Numbered from the stretch's first letter, positions 9,087 to 18,870 are shown. The stretch is DNA of 64,000 nt from Candidatus Cryptobacteroides merdavium (GCA_017694755.1 JADIMO010000016.1:18647-82646), one strand, 5' to 3'. The notes: generated from the sequence alone by a model not told the origin. Numbers and translations are program-made.

Positions 9087-10250
9087 ATGAAAATGGAACT
9101 TTTCAAGACATACAAACTTTGGGACATAGAACCTGTCAGGGGACTTGGCACGACTCTGTGGGACAGGGACGGAAAGGAATACACAGACCTCTACGGGGGC
9201 CATGCCGTCATTTCCGTCGGGCATTCGCATCCGCATTATGTGAAGATGCTGACTGAACAGCTCGGCAGGCTCGGATTCTATTCCAATGCCGTGCAGAACT
9301 CCCTGCAGAAGGAGCTTGCCTCACGGCTCGGGAAAATCAGCGGTTATGACGACTATTCCCTTTTCCTGTGCAACTCAGGAGCGGAAGCCAATGAGAACGC
9401 GATGAAACTCGCCTCCTTCCACACCGGGAAAGGCAAGATCCTGGCTTTCAGGAAGGCTTTCCACGGCAGGACATCCGGAGCGGTCGCAGCCACTGACAAC
9501 CCGGAGCTCCGCTCCCCTTTCAACGGATGCGGCAACGTGACTTTTGCAGAGCTCGGTGACCGTGACGGGGTGGAAAAAGCCCTTGCCACAGGAGAATATG
9601 CAGGAGTGATTGTAGAGGGGATACAGGGGGTCGCCGGAATATATGAGCCGGGGGATGACTTCCTCAGATGGCTGCGCACGGCCTGCGACAAGTACGGGAC
9701 AATGCTGATACTGGACGAAATACAGTCAGGATACGGCAGGACCGGGAAATTCTTCGCCCACCAGTTTCCCGGCATCCGTGCAGACATCATCACCACAGCA
9801 AAAGGCATGGGAAACGGCTTCCCTATAGGCGGAGTGCTCATTTCCCCGGTGATAAAGGCTGAATACGGAATGCTCGGCACCACTTTCGGAGGCAATCACC
9901 TTGCATGCACGGCGGCACTTGCCGTGCTGGACATCATCGAAGACGAGCGTCTGATGGAAAATGCGGCGAAAGTCGGGGAATATTTCCGCAGGGCGTTCTG
10001 CGGTGAAGGTACCGGCACGAAACAAAATGCACCCGACCCGGCGCTGAAGGAATACCGCGGACGGGGACTTATGATAGGCCTTGAAATAAAGGAGGAATAC
10101 AAGGGGCTGCGCGACAGGCTGCTGTTTGAGAGGCATTTCTTCACCGGAGCCGCCGGAGCCGATGTGATAAGGCTGCTGCCGTCACTCACGATTTCCGAAG
10201 AAACGGCAGGAAAGTTCGTGAAGGCATGGAAAGAGCTGACAGGACAATGA
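9087..10250 (+). CDS. argD: Acetyl/succinyl-ornithine aminotransferase
   Basis: CNSGAEANE, FHGRT, LDEIQSG.GRTG, TAKGMGNGFP, GTTFGGN. Confidence 0.95.
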   Translation: MKMELFKTYKLWDIEPVRGLGTTLWDRDGKEYTDLYGGHAVISVGHSHPHYVKMLTEQLGRLGFYSNAVQNSLQKELASRLGKISGYDDYSLFLCNSGAEANENAMKLASFHTGKGKILAFRKAFHGRTSGAVAATDNPELRSPFNGCGNVTFAELGDRDGVEKALATGEYAGVIVEGIQGVAGIYEPGDDFLRWLRTACDKYGTMLILDEIQSGYGRTGKFFAHQFPGIRADIITTAKGMGNGFPIGGVLISPVIKAEYGMLGTTFGGNHLACTAALAVLDIIEDERLMENAAKVGEYFRRAFCGEGTGTKQNAPDPALKEYRGRGLMIGLEIKEEYKGLRDRLLFERHFFTGAAGADVIRLLPSLTISEETAGKFVKAWKELTGQ

Positions 10251-10251
10251 T

Positions 10252-11241
10252 TCATTCAATGCCCCCGGATGCCAATCTCCGTTTCTCATTTTTCCTTGAT
10301 TCACGGCCCTCACGTTCAACATCGGCCCTTGACTTGCTCCTGTTGACAAGGAGGACTCCCGAAAATACAAGGATAACGGCAACAAGCTTGATGATGTTGA
10401 ATGAATCCATGCCCCAGAGCACGGCAATGAAGGTGGCGACCACAGGCTGGACATAATTGTACATAGCCACAAGGGTCGGGCGCAAAGTCTTCTGTCCCAC
10501 AGGGACAAGAAGGTAACAGATGAATGTTCCGCAGAAAAGGATGAAGGCAAGCCCGGCATACTGCTCCACAGGGACTGAAGCCCATGGCTCCGACACGAAC
10601 TGCACTATGGTCAGAGGCAGCATAACGGCGGAAGCGAAGGTGAACATCCATTTCATGAGCGTAAGCGGGGAATATTTGGCAATGAGATCTTTGAAAAGAA
10701 CGAGATATGTGGCATAGGAGCATTGGGCGAACAGGCAGAGCAGGTCACCCCAGATATTGGAAGATGCCCCTTGCGCCGCAACGGACTGCCCGGCTCCAGG
10801 CATAAGACGGTTGCCGAAAACGAGAAGGATGGCTCCGCCCATGCCGAGAAGCACTCCGGCGGCTTTTCTGGAAGTTATCGGCTCCTTCAGGAATATGGCA
10901 GCCAGAACCATGGTGACGATAGGCATGGAAGTGGTGATAATGGAGGCATCGACAGGAGAGGTCATCGAAACTCCGGTAATGAAGACTCCCTGGTTGAGGA
11001 TTATTGCAAACATGGCGGCACCGAAAAGCTTGACATAGTCTTTTCTGTCCACCTTTTCCTTGGGTGCGAAAGGAGAGAAAAGCCAGAAAAGCAGGGCTGC
11101 ACCGAAAATCCTCACATCAGTGACGGCAACGGAACCGAGCAGACCGGCTGACATCACAAACTTTGAAATGGGCGCCATCGCACCCCACATCATACTCGCC
11201 ACCAGCATCGAAAGATGCCCTTTCCTCTGATCTTTTGTCAT
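10252..11241 (-). CDS. EamA/DMT-family transporter, antisense within the arg cluster
   Basis: About 10 TM helices in two EamA-like repeats; own -7 element TATTTTTG at 11264-11271 (minus), so start moved to ATG 11241. Confidence 0.88.
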   Translation of the reverse strand: MTKDQRKGHLSMLVASMMWGAMAPISKFVMSAGLLGSVAVTDVRIFGAALLFWLFSPFAPKEKVDRKDYVKLFGAAMFAIILNQGVFITGVSMTSPVDASIITTSMPIVTMVLAAIFLKEPITSRKAAGVLLGMGGAILLVFGNRLMPGAGQSVAAQGASSNIWGDLLCLFAQCSYATYLVLFKDLIAKYSPLTLMKWMFTFASAVMLPLTIVQFVSEPWASVPVEQYAGLAFILFCGTFICYLLVPVGQKTLRPTLVAMYNYVQPVVATFIAVLWGMDSFNIIKLVAVILVFSGVLLVNRSKSRADVEREGRESRKNEKRRLASGGIE

Positions 11242-11349
11242 GGTCTTGAATCTTTTGAGCCGGCAAAAATACAACAAAAAACAATTCATTGTCCTGACAG
11301 ACTGAAAAACAAAAAAGGAATAATAACATGATTATCCGCAAAGTACCTA

Positions 11350-11457
11350 CCCCAAGGAGTCATCCGGAGCGCGGTAGGACTACGCTCTACGGGCGGAACG
11401 ACGGCAACAAGAGGGATTGTTGCGGACAATCATAATAAAAAACATTTGATGCAGATA
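11350..11457 (+). repeat. Dispersed repeat, copy 2 (upstream of argF')
   Basis: CCCCAAGGAGTCATCCGGAGCGC 11350-11372; hairpin GCAACAA-gaggga-TTGTTGC 11404-11423. Confidence 0.7.
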
Positions 11458-12410
11458 TGAAACATTTTACGTCAGTCACGCAGCTCGGCGACCTCACCGC
11501 CGCATTTGAAAAGGCAAGGTATGTGAAAGAAAATCCTTTCGCCGACCAGAATCTGGGCAGGAACAGGACCCTGCTGATGATATTCTTCAATTCCAGCCTG
11601 CGCACAAGGCTCAGCACACAGAAAGCCGCGATGAACCTCGGCATGAATGTGATAGTCCTCGACATCAACCAGGGCGCATGGAAACTTGAGACGGAAAGAG
11701 GCGTTGTGATGGACGGCGACAAGCCTGAACACCTGCTCGAAGCCATTCCGGTAATGGGATGTTACTGCGATGTGATAGGCGTCAGGTCATTTGCAAGGTT
11801 CGAGAGCAGGGAATATGACTACAACGAAACCATCCTAGAGCAGTTCATAAGATACTCCGGCAAGCCGGTGTTCAGCATGGAGGCGGCGACAAGGCACCCG
11901 CTCCAGACCTTTGCGGACATGATCACCATAGAAGAATACAAGACCAAGGCAAGGCCGAAAATCGTGATGACATGGGCACCTCATCCGAAAGCCCTCCCGC
12001 AGGCCGTGCCTAACTCATTTGCCGAAGGCATCAACATGACGGGATATGAATTCGTCATCACACATCCGCACGGATATGAGCTTGACCCGGCATTTGTGGG
12101 GAATGCAAAAGTGGAATATGACCAGGACAAGGCCCTCGAAGGGGCGGATTTCGTCTATGCCAAGAACTGGGCGGCATACAGCGGCGACAACTACGGCAAG
12201 GTGCTGAGCACTGACCGCTCCTGGACAGTGGACAGCAGGAAAATGGCACTTACTGACAACGCATATTTCATGCACTGCCTTCCGGTGCGAAGGAACATGA
12301 TAGTCACAGATGACGTGATCGAAAGTGAAAGGTCCCTTGTCATCCCCGAGGCGGCAAACAGGGTCGTTTCTGCCCAGGTGATACTGAAAGAAATTCTCCA
12401 GGGGCTATGA
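11457..12410 (+). CDS. argF: N-succinyl-L-ornithine carbamoyltransferase (ArgF')
   Basis: FNSSLRTR, HCLPVRRN; MDGDKPEH has Pro where N-acetylornithine-type enzymes have Glu. Confidence 0.9.
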   Translation: MKHFTSVTQLGDLTAAFEKARYVKENPFADQNLGRNRTLLMIFFNSSLRTRLSTQKAAMNLGMNVIVLDINQGAWKLETERGVVMDGDKPEHLLEAIPVMGCYCDVIGVRSFARFESREYDYNETILEQFIRYSGKPVFSMEAATRHPLQTFADMITIEEYKTKARPKIVMTWAPHPKALPQAVPNSFAEGINMTGYEFVITHPHGYELDPAFVGNAKVEYDQDKALEGADFVYAKNWAAYSGDNYGKVLSTDRSWTVDSRKMALTDNAYFMHCLPVRRNMIVTDDVIESERSLVIPEAANRVVSAQVILKEILQGL

Positions 12411-13318
12411 AAATAAAAGTAATAAAGATCGGCGGGAATGTGGTGGACAACGAAGTCCTGCTGGAACAGTTTGCAAAAGACTTCGCGGCACTGGAAGGGC
12501 CAAAGATACTCGTCCACGGAGGCGGTGTAGCGGCAAGCCGCATGCAGAAGCAGCTTGGCATGGAGCCGCAGATGGTCGCAGGGAGAAGGGTGACCGATGA
12601 CGGCACCCTGCAGATCGTGACAATGGTCTATGCCGGCTGGTGCAACAAGCACATCACCGCCCTGCTGCAGAAGAACGGATGCAATGCCATCGGGATGACA
12701 GGAGCCGACGGGAATGCCATCTGCGCATCAAGAAGACCACCGATGATGATTGAGGGCCATGGCACTGTGGATTTCGGCCATGTCGGGGATGTCACACCGG
12801 AAAGCATAAACCCGGGATTCCTGATGCAGCTGCTCTCCGCCGGACTCACTCCGGTGTTCTGTGCCATAAACCACGACGGAAATGGGCACCTGCTGAACAC
12901 TAATGCCGATACGGTGGCCTCGTCAATAGCCGTAGCCTTCGCCAATTTTCCGGCACCGGACGGAAACGGTGCCGAAACATCCTCGATAAAAGATCCGGGA
13001 CAAGCATCGGACAGCCGTGAGAAGACAGACAAAGGCACCGGCCCGACAAAGAACAGCCGACATGAAGTGGAACTCATATACTGTTTTGAAAAGGACGGGG
13101 TCCTCCACGACAAGGACGATGACAGCAGTCTGATTCCTGTGCTCACACATGAATCATACATGGAACTCAGGCAGGAAGGCCGCATCGCCGACGGGATGAT
13201 CCCGAAATTGGACAATTCATTCCAGGCCATGGATGCCGGAGTCGCAAAAGTAATAATAAAACATGCCGGGAACCTCAACTCGGACAAAGGGACAGTCCTC
13301 ACAAAGGACAGACAATAA
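12407..13318 (+). CDS. argB: Acylglutamate kinase
   Basis: VIKIGG, LVHGGG, RVTD, LLNTNAD, GMIPKL. Confidence 0.95.
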   Translation: MKIKVIKIGGNVVDNEVLLEQFAKDFAALEGPKILVHGGGVAASRMQKQLGMEPQMVAGRRVTDDGTLQIVTMVYAGWCNKHITALLQKNGCNAIGMTGADGNAICASRRPPMMIEGHGTVDFGHVGDVTPESINPGFLMQLLSAGLTPVFCAINHDGNGHLLNTNADTVASSIAVAFANFPAPDGNGAETSSIKDPGQASDSREKTDKGTGPTKNSRHEVELIYCFEKDGVLHDKDDDSSLIPVLTHESYMELRQEGRIADGMIPKLDNSFQAMDAGVAKVIIKHAGNLNSDKGTVLTKDRQ

Positions 13319-13363
13319 CAATAACAGACTCCGGACCTGACCCGGAACAATTCCCTTGATGAC

Positions 13364-14593
13364 ATGAAGACTTGGCACAAATACACCGGAGATGCAGCCG
13401 GGCTGCTGAAGGAAATGGTGGCAATCCCCTCCCCCTCTTTTCATGAGGAGGATGTCTGCCGTCACATTTCAGCAAGGCTGACGGAATTCGGAATCGGACA
13501 TAAAGTGGCGGGAAACAACATCGTGGCATACAACAGACATTTCAAGCCCGGGAAAAGGACGCTGATGCTGAATGCCCATATCGACACCGTAGGCCCTTCA
13601 GAGGGATATTCCTTTGACCCGTACAGGCCGGATTATGAAACTGCTGTCCGTCCGGTAATGACCTCCCTTGAAGAAGAGATGAAAGGCTGCACCATGACGG
13701 ACAAAGACGCAGACTCTGAATATACGGTGCCGCTGAGCAGCAATGATTTCATCTGCGGATTGGGCAGCAACGATGACGGAGGCTCCGTGGTGGCCATGAT
13801 TTCCGCATTCAGGCATTTCTACGAAATGGAACTGCCGGTAAACCTGATGCTTGCCCTCACTTGCGAAGAAGAGAGGTCCGGGAACGGAGGCATGACATGG
13901 CTCTGGGACCATTTCCCATATCCTGCAGGAGAGGCGGACTACGGAACTTCCAATACGGACAGCAGCACTTTCCATCCGGACTGGGCCATAATCGGAGAAC
14001 CGACAGGGATGAAGGCTGCGATTGCCGAAAGGGGACTTCTCGTGCTGGACGGGGAAGCACGAGGGGTCAGCGGACATGCGGCCCGGGAAGAGGGTGTGAA
14101 TGCCCTTTATATTGCCATTGAAGACATTGAAAGGCTCAGGAAACATGAATTTGCCAAGATATCCCCGGCAATGGGCAAGGTAAAACTGACTGTCACACAG
14201 ATAAACGCCGGGACTGCACACAATGTGGTGCCGGACAGCTGCAGGTTCGTCGTGGACATAAGGCCGACAGAAATGTACGGCAATGAAGAAATTCTCCGCG
14301 AGCTGCAGGCGGAATGCCGCAGCACCCTCACCCCGCGCAATCTCCTGAACAGGTCATCCGCCACAGCTGCAAACTCTCCTCTCGCCGGATGCGCCAAGGC
14401 CCTCGGATTGGAAACATTCTCCTCACCCACCACTTCAGACTGGATGAGAGTACATTGCGATGCAATGAAGATGGGGCCAGGAGAATCCTCCCGTTCGCAC
14501 AGGAAAGACGAGTTCATCCTTGTCAGCGAAATCAGCCATGCCATCGGCACATATATAAAATTCATTGAAACATTCATTGAAAACCGACTCTGA
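13364..14593 (+). CDS. argE: M20-family acylornithine deacylase (ArgE-like)
   Basis: LNAHIDTV, GLGSNDDGGS, CEEE, IIGEPT, HRKDE; located in the arg cluster. Confidence 0.85.
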   Translation: MKTWHKYTGDAAGLLKEMVAIPSPSFHEEDVCRHISARLTEFGIGHKVAGNNIVAYNRHFKPGKRTLMLNAHIDTVGPSEGYSFDPYRPDYETAVRPVMTSLEEEMKGCTMTDKDADSEYTVPLSSNDFICGLGSNDDGGSVVAMISAFRHFYEMELPVNLMLALTCEEERSGNGGMTWLWDHFPYPAGEADYGTSNTDSSTFHPDWAIIGEPTGMKAAIAERGLLVLDGEARGVSGHAAREEGVNALYIAIEDIERLRKHEFAKISPAMGKVKLTVTQINAGTAHNVVPDSCRFVVDIRPTEMYGNEEILRELQAECRSTLTPRNLLNRSSATAANSPLAGCAKALGLETFSSPTTSDWMRVHCDAMKMGPGESSRSHRKDEFILVSEISHAIGTYIKFIETFIENRL

Positions 14594-14648
14594 AATTTTC
14601 AAAAACGAATTTTAAGAAGTATTTTCGGGAAGAAATAATTCATCATTT

Positions 14649-15107
14649 ATGATACGGAACATTGCTCTTGTGGCGCATGACGCCAGAAAATCAGAACTTG
14701 TGGACTGGGTGAGATTCAACGCAGGCTCCCTTGAATCCTGCACATTATACTGCACCGGCACCACCGGAAGGCTCATCCGGGAAGCCTTGAAAGAAACTCT
14801 TGGAGAAGAAAACATGCCTGAGGTGAACTGCCTTCTCAGCGGCCCTCTCGGAGGGGACGCACAGATCGGGGCCATGATTGCCGAAGGGAAGGTGGACATG
14901 CTCGTGTTCTTCTGCGACAACCTCATAATGCAGGGACACCAGAACGACGTGATGGGCCTTGTGAGGCTTGCATCCCTCTACAATGTGCCTTTCGCCACCA
15001 ACAGGAGCACAGCGGACTTCATCATTTCATCCCCGCTCTATCAAAGCTCGGAATACGAAAGGATAATCCCGGCCTGCATAGAGTCCTACAAGAACAGAAA
15101 ACTTTAA
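14649..15107 (+). CDS. mgsA: Methylglyoxal synthase
   Basis: IALVAHD, TGTTG, SGPLGGDAQIGA, ATNRSTAD. Confidence 0.95.
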   Translation: MIRNIALVAHDARKSELVDWVRFNAGSLESCTLYCTGTTGRLIREALKETLGEENMPEVNCLLSGPLGGDAQIGAMIAEGKVDMLVFFCDNLIMQGHQNDVMGLVRLASLYNVPFATNRSTADFIISSPLYQSSEYERIIPACIESYKNRKL

Positions 15108-15111
15108 TAAA

Positions 15112-16518
15112 ATGGCTGAAACACTCTGGAACAAGGGAAAAGGAGCAACAGACCTTGTGGAAGAATTCACTGTGGGGAACGACAGGACCCTGGACATGAG
15201 GCTGGCAGAATACGATGTGAAAGGCTCGATGGCCCATATAAAGATGCTCGAATCAATAGGCCTTCTGGAAAAGGAGGAACTTGAAAGGCTGCTGACAGGG
15301 CTTGAAGAAATCCTGGATGAGATAAGGTCAGGGAAGTTCTGGCTTGAGGATGACGTGGAGGACATACATTCACAGGTGGAACTGCTGCTCACACGCAGGC
15401 TCGGAGAAATCGGCAAGAAGATACACTCCGGACGCTCGCGCAACGACCAGGTCCTCGTTGACATAAAACTGTTTCTGAAAGACGAGGTGAAGAAGTTCAG
15501 GGATGAGGTTCTCGACCTTTTCTACCTGCTCCAGAACCTGAGTGAGAAATACAAAGATGTGCTTCTGCCCGGCTATACCCACGGACAGATAGCCATGCCG
15601 TCATCCTTCGGACTGTGGCTCGGGGCGTATGCCGAAGCTCTTGCAGATGACATGTACCTGCTCCACGGGGCATATATGGTCACTGACCAAAATCCTCTCG
15701 GCTCGGCGGCAGGATACGGAAGTTCCTTCCCCCTTGACAGGGAAATGACGACGGAACTGCTCGGCTTCGGCTCCATGGAATACAATTCAGTCGCAGCCCA
15801 GCTCAGCCGTGGCAGGACAGAAAGGGCAGTGGCCTCGGCAATGGGAGCCATAGCCTTGACCATCAATAAATTTGCCTCAGACTGCTGCATGTACATGTGC
15901 CCGAACTACGGCTTTATCTCGTTTCCTGACGAGCTGACCACCGGCTCCAGTATCATGCCGCACAAGAAGAACCCGGATGTCTGGGAAATGATCAGGGGCA
16001 ACTGCAACCGCATCCTAAGCACCGAAAACGAAATCTCTCTTCTCTGCAGCAACATGCCGCACGGCTATCACCGTGACTTCCAGCTGCTGAAGGACATCCT
16101 CTTCCCTGCCATTGAAATGCTGCACAAATGCATATTCATGACCGGCTACATGGCTGAAAACATGAAGGTCAATGAGCACATCCTTGACTCTCCGCTTTAC
16201 GAATATCTCTTCACCGTGGAGGAAGTCAACCGCCGTGTCCTCTCAGGAATGCCGTTCAGGGACGCCTACAAGGCCGTCGGCATCGAAGTCAACAACGGCA
16301 CCTTCCGCTACCGCAGAGGCATGACCGTCACTACCGGCTCCGCAGATGCTGCAGAGGCGACGGATGCTGCCGCCACCACAGTTACTGCAGATGACACACA
16401 CACCGCAGGCAACACTCCAGAAGCCAAGGACCTGCACCACACCCACACCGGCAGCATCGGGAATCTCGCCACCGGAAAGATAAGAGGAAAAATGCTGAAA
16501 GCGGCTGAATGGCAATGA
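15112..16518 (+). CDS. argH: Argininosuccinate lyase
   Basis: HSGRSRNDQV, PGYTH, GSSIMPHKKNPD. Confidence 0.96.
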   Translation: MAETLWNKGKGATDLVEEFTVGNDRTLDMRLAEYDVKGSMAHIKMLESIGLLEKEELERLLTGLEEILDEIRSGKFWLEDDVEDIHSQVELLLTRRLGEIGKKIHSGRSRNDQVLVDIKLFLKDEVKKFRDEVLDLFYLLQNLSEKYKDVLLPGYTHGQIAMPSSFGLWLGAYAEALADDMYLLHGAYMVTDQNPLGSAAGYGSSFPLDREMTTELLGFGSMEYNSVAAQLSRGRTERAVASAMGAIALTINKFASDCCMYMCPNYGFISFPDELTTGSSIMPHKKNPDVWEMIRGNCNRILSTENEISLLCSNMPHGYHRDFQLLKDILFPAIEMLHKCIFMTGYMAENMKVNEHILDSPLYEYLFTVEEVNRRVLSGMPFRDAYKAVGIEVNNGTFRYRRGMTVTTGSADAAEATDAAATTVTADDTHTAGNTPEAKDLHHTHTGSIGNLATGKIRGKMLKAAEWQ

Positions 16519-16552
16519 TGCTGAAAGCGGCTGAATGGCAATGATGCTGAAA
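16492..16552 (+). repeat. 26-bp tandem repeat (~2.3 copies) spanning the argH stop codon
   Basis: ATGCTGAAAGCGGCTGAATGGCAATG at 16492 and 16518, partial third copy at 16544. Confidence 0.9.
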
Positions 16553-16582
16553 ACGGACATATGACAATAAGAAAAACGGGGA

Positions 16583-18142
16583 TCAGCTGTCAAGCTTTTC
16601 CCCGTTTTCAGTAAAGAATTCATTCTGCAGGACCGTAAAATCTGTGACTTCAACGAGCCTGATCTTACATCTGTACTTTGATTTCCATTTTCCCAGTATG
16701 GAAGAAAACACTCCCCTGCTGAGATATGACCCCAGAATCGGACTTACCTTCAGAACGAATGACCTGATATTCTTCTCTGCGGCATAATATGCAAGACGAC
16801 GTTCTATGGCTTCGTCTATCACCACGCTGGATGTAATCTTTCCCGTGCCATGGCAGACCGGACAAACCTCCGTCGTATTGATCTCCGTGGCTGGTCTCAC
16901 ACGCTGCCTTGTTATCTGCATAAGGCCGAACTTGGTCAGAGGCAGCACATTGTGCTTTGCCCTGTCGGTCTGCATCAGTTCCTGCATGCGCTTGAAGAGC
17001 ATATTCCTGTGCTCATTGCTCTCCATATCTATGAAATCAACGACCACGATGCCGCCCATATCCCTCAGCCTGAGCTGACGGGCAATCTCTTCCGCGGCAT
17101 AGCAGTTGATGTCATAGGTATTCTGCTCCTGTTCCTTGTTCTTGGAACGCGTGCCGCTGTTGACATCTATCACATGCAGTGCTTCCGTGTGTTCTATGAC
17201 CAGATATGCTCCCTGCCTGATGGGAACCACTTTCCCGAAAGAACTCTTTATCTGCCTTGTGACCTCGAAATGGTCAAAGATAGGAGTGTTGTCCTTATAT
17301 AACCTGACTATCTTCTCCTGTTCCGGCGATATGAGGGAGATATACTTCCTCGCTTCCTCATAGACAGCCTCATCATTGACATATATATTTGAAAATGAGT
17401 CATTGAGAAGGTCTCTCAGGATAGTGGTGGTCTTGCTGTATTCTGTAAAAAGCAGCTGGACAGCCTTGGATTTGGCCAGTTTTTCCCATGAACTCTCCCA
17501 CTTTCCGATCAGGGACATCAGTTCGGCATCAAGCACCGCCGCATTCTTGCCTTCGGCTGCCGTACGTATGATGGCTCCGTAATTCCTGGGGAGGATATTC
17601 TTCACTAGGGCTTCAAGTCTCCGTTTCTCTTCCTTGGAAGAGATTTTCTGGGATACGCTCACCCTTTCTGCAAAGGGGAGGAGTACGATATTGCGTCCTG
17701 CCAATGAAATTTCCGCAGTCAGTCGTGATCCTTTCGTCGAAATCGGCTCTTTTACAATCTGTACCACTATCATCTGCCCGGGGACAAGGACATTTTCTAT
17801 GCGCCCCTCCTTTTCAAGAATCGGCCCGAGCTTTATGCCGGAAAATATCCCTCCGGCATCGGCATTGGGATTCAGCCGTTTCACGAATTCGTCGAAAGCC
17901 CTGAAATTCAGGCCGAGGTCAAGATAATGTACAAATGCTTCCTTTTCGTCGCCGATGTCAACAAAAGCAGCATTCAGGGCAGGAAGAATCTTCTTCACCT
18001 TTCCAAGGTAGACATCCCCTACGGAAAAGGAGTGCCCGTGGCTGGACTCTTTGTTAAGCTCGATAAGCCGATGATTCTCCATCAATGCTATCGAAACTTC
18101 TGTCGAATTGACATCAACAATCAGATCTTTAACAGATTCCAT
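16583..18142 (-). CDS. rng: Ribonuclease E/G family
   Basis: S1 domain (AAFVDIG), KEPISTKG, IDVNSG, RLRDMGGIVVVDFIDM, CPVCHG. Confidence 0.93.
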   Translation of the reverse strand: MESVKDLIVDVNSTEVSIALMENHRLIELNKESSHGHSFSVGDVYLGKVKKILPALNAAFVDIGDEKEAFVHYLDLGLNFRAFDEFVKRLNPNADAGGIFSGIKLGPILEKEGRIENVLVPGQMIVVQIVKEPISTKGSRLTAEISLAGRNIVLLPFAERVSVSQKISSKEEKRRLEALVKNILPRNYGAIIRTAAEGKNAAVLDAELMSLIGKWESSWEKLAKSKAVQLLFTEYSKTTTILRDLLNDSFSNIYVNDEAVYEEARKYISLISPEQEKIVRLYKDNTPIFDHFEVTRQIKSSFGKVVPIRQGAYLVIEHTEALHVIDVNSGTRSKNKEQEQNTYDINCYAAEEIARQLRLRDMGGIVVVDFIDMESNEHRNMLFKRMQELMQTDRAKHNVLPLTKFGLMQITRQRVRPATEINTTEVCPVCHGTGKITSSVVIDEAIERRLAYYAAEKNIRSFVLKVSPILGSYLSRGVFSSILGKWKSKYRCKIRLVEVTDFTVLQNEFFTENGEKLDS

Positions 18143-18267
18143 CAAGAAAGTTCATTTTCAAGAACGATGAATAGAGGAGACCTCCGTCTCCTTAACCACA
18201 AAAGGGCGACCAAATTCCCGGTCACCCTTTTAACTTAGCAGACTGCTAAAATGGCAGACACCAGAGA

Positions 18268-18360
18268 TTACTTTCTCTTCTTATGTCTATTCTTGCGCAA
18301 GCGTTTTTTACGCTTGTGCGTTGCCATCTTATGTCTCTTACGTTTCTTACCGCTTGGCAT
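18268..18360 (-). CDS. 30S ribosomal protein bS22 (AURKAIP1/COX24-domain small basic protein)
   Basis: Below the ORF-track cutoff; hand translation MPSGKKRKRHKMATHKRKKRLRKNRHKKRK*. Confidence 0.88.
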   Translation of the reverse strand: MPSGKKRKRHKMATHKRKKRLRKNRHKKRK

Positions 18361-18379
18361 AATCTTAAAAATTTAACAA

Positions 18380-18655
18380 TTATTTCTTTACTACGTTCAC
18401 AAATACCTTTGCCGGTTTGAATGCCGGGATATCGTGAGCAGGAATAGTCATAGTGGTGTTTTTGGTGATGTTCCTTGCAGCCTTCTCAGCCCTGTGCTTG
18501 ATGATGAAGCTGCCGAACCCGCGGAGATAAACGGCGTTACCCTTTGCAAGGGATCCTTTCACGCTCTCCATAAATGACTCGACTACTGTCTGTACAGTAA
18601 TCTTTTCGATACCGGTTGCCTTCGCAATCTCGTTTACTATCTCTGCCTTTGTCAT
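18380..18655 (-). CDS. hup: HU/IHF-family DNA-binding protein
   Basis: MTKAEIV, LRGFGSF, ARNI, PAFKP; start at ATG 18655. Confidence 0.92.
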   Translation of the reverse strand: MTKAEIVNEIAKATGIEKITVQTVVESFMESVKGSLAKGNAVYLRGFGSFIIKHRAEKAARNITKNTTMTIPAHDIPAFKPAKVFVNVVKK

Positions 18656-18870
18656 AACAATTATAGAATTAAAAACCCAATTTTTTTTCGTCATTAGGGC
18701 GCAAAATTAGGTTTATTTTTTTAATATTCAAAATCGTAACCGTCATTATTTTCATTTTTTTAATTTGGCACAGAGATTGACCATAGAGCGGCACGGTTTT
18801 CCGGAATGGCATCTTCTGCCATTTTGGCAGTGTCATGCCGGAAACACCATATATAATATAAGGAATAAGT

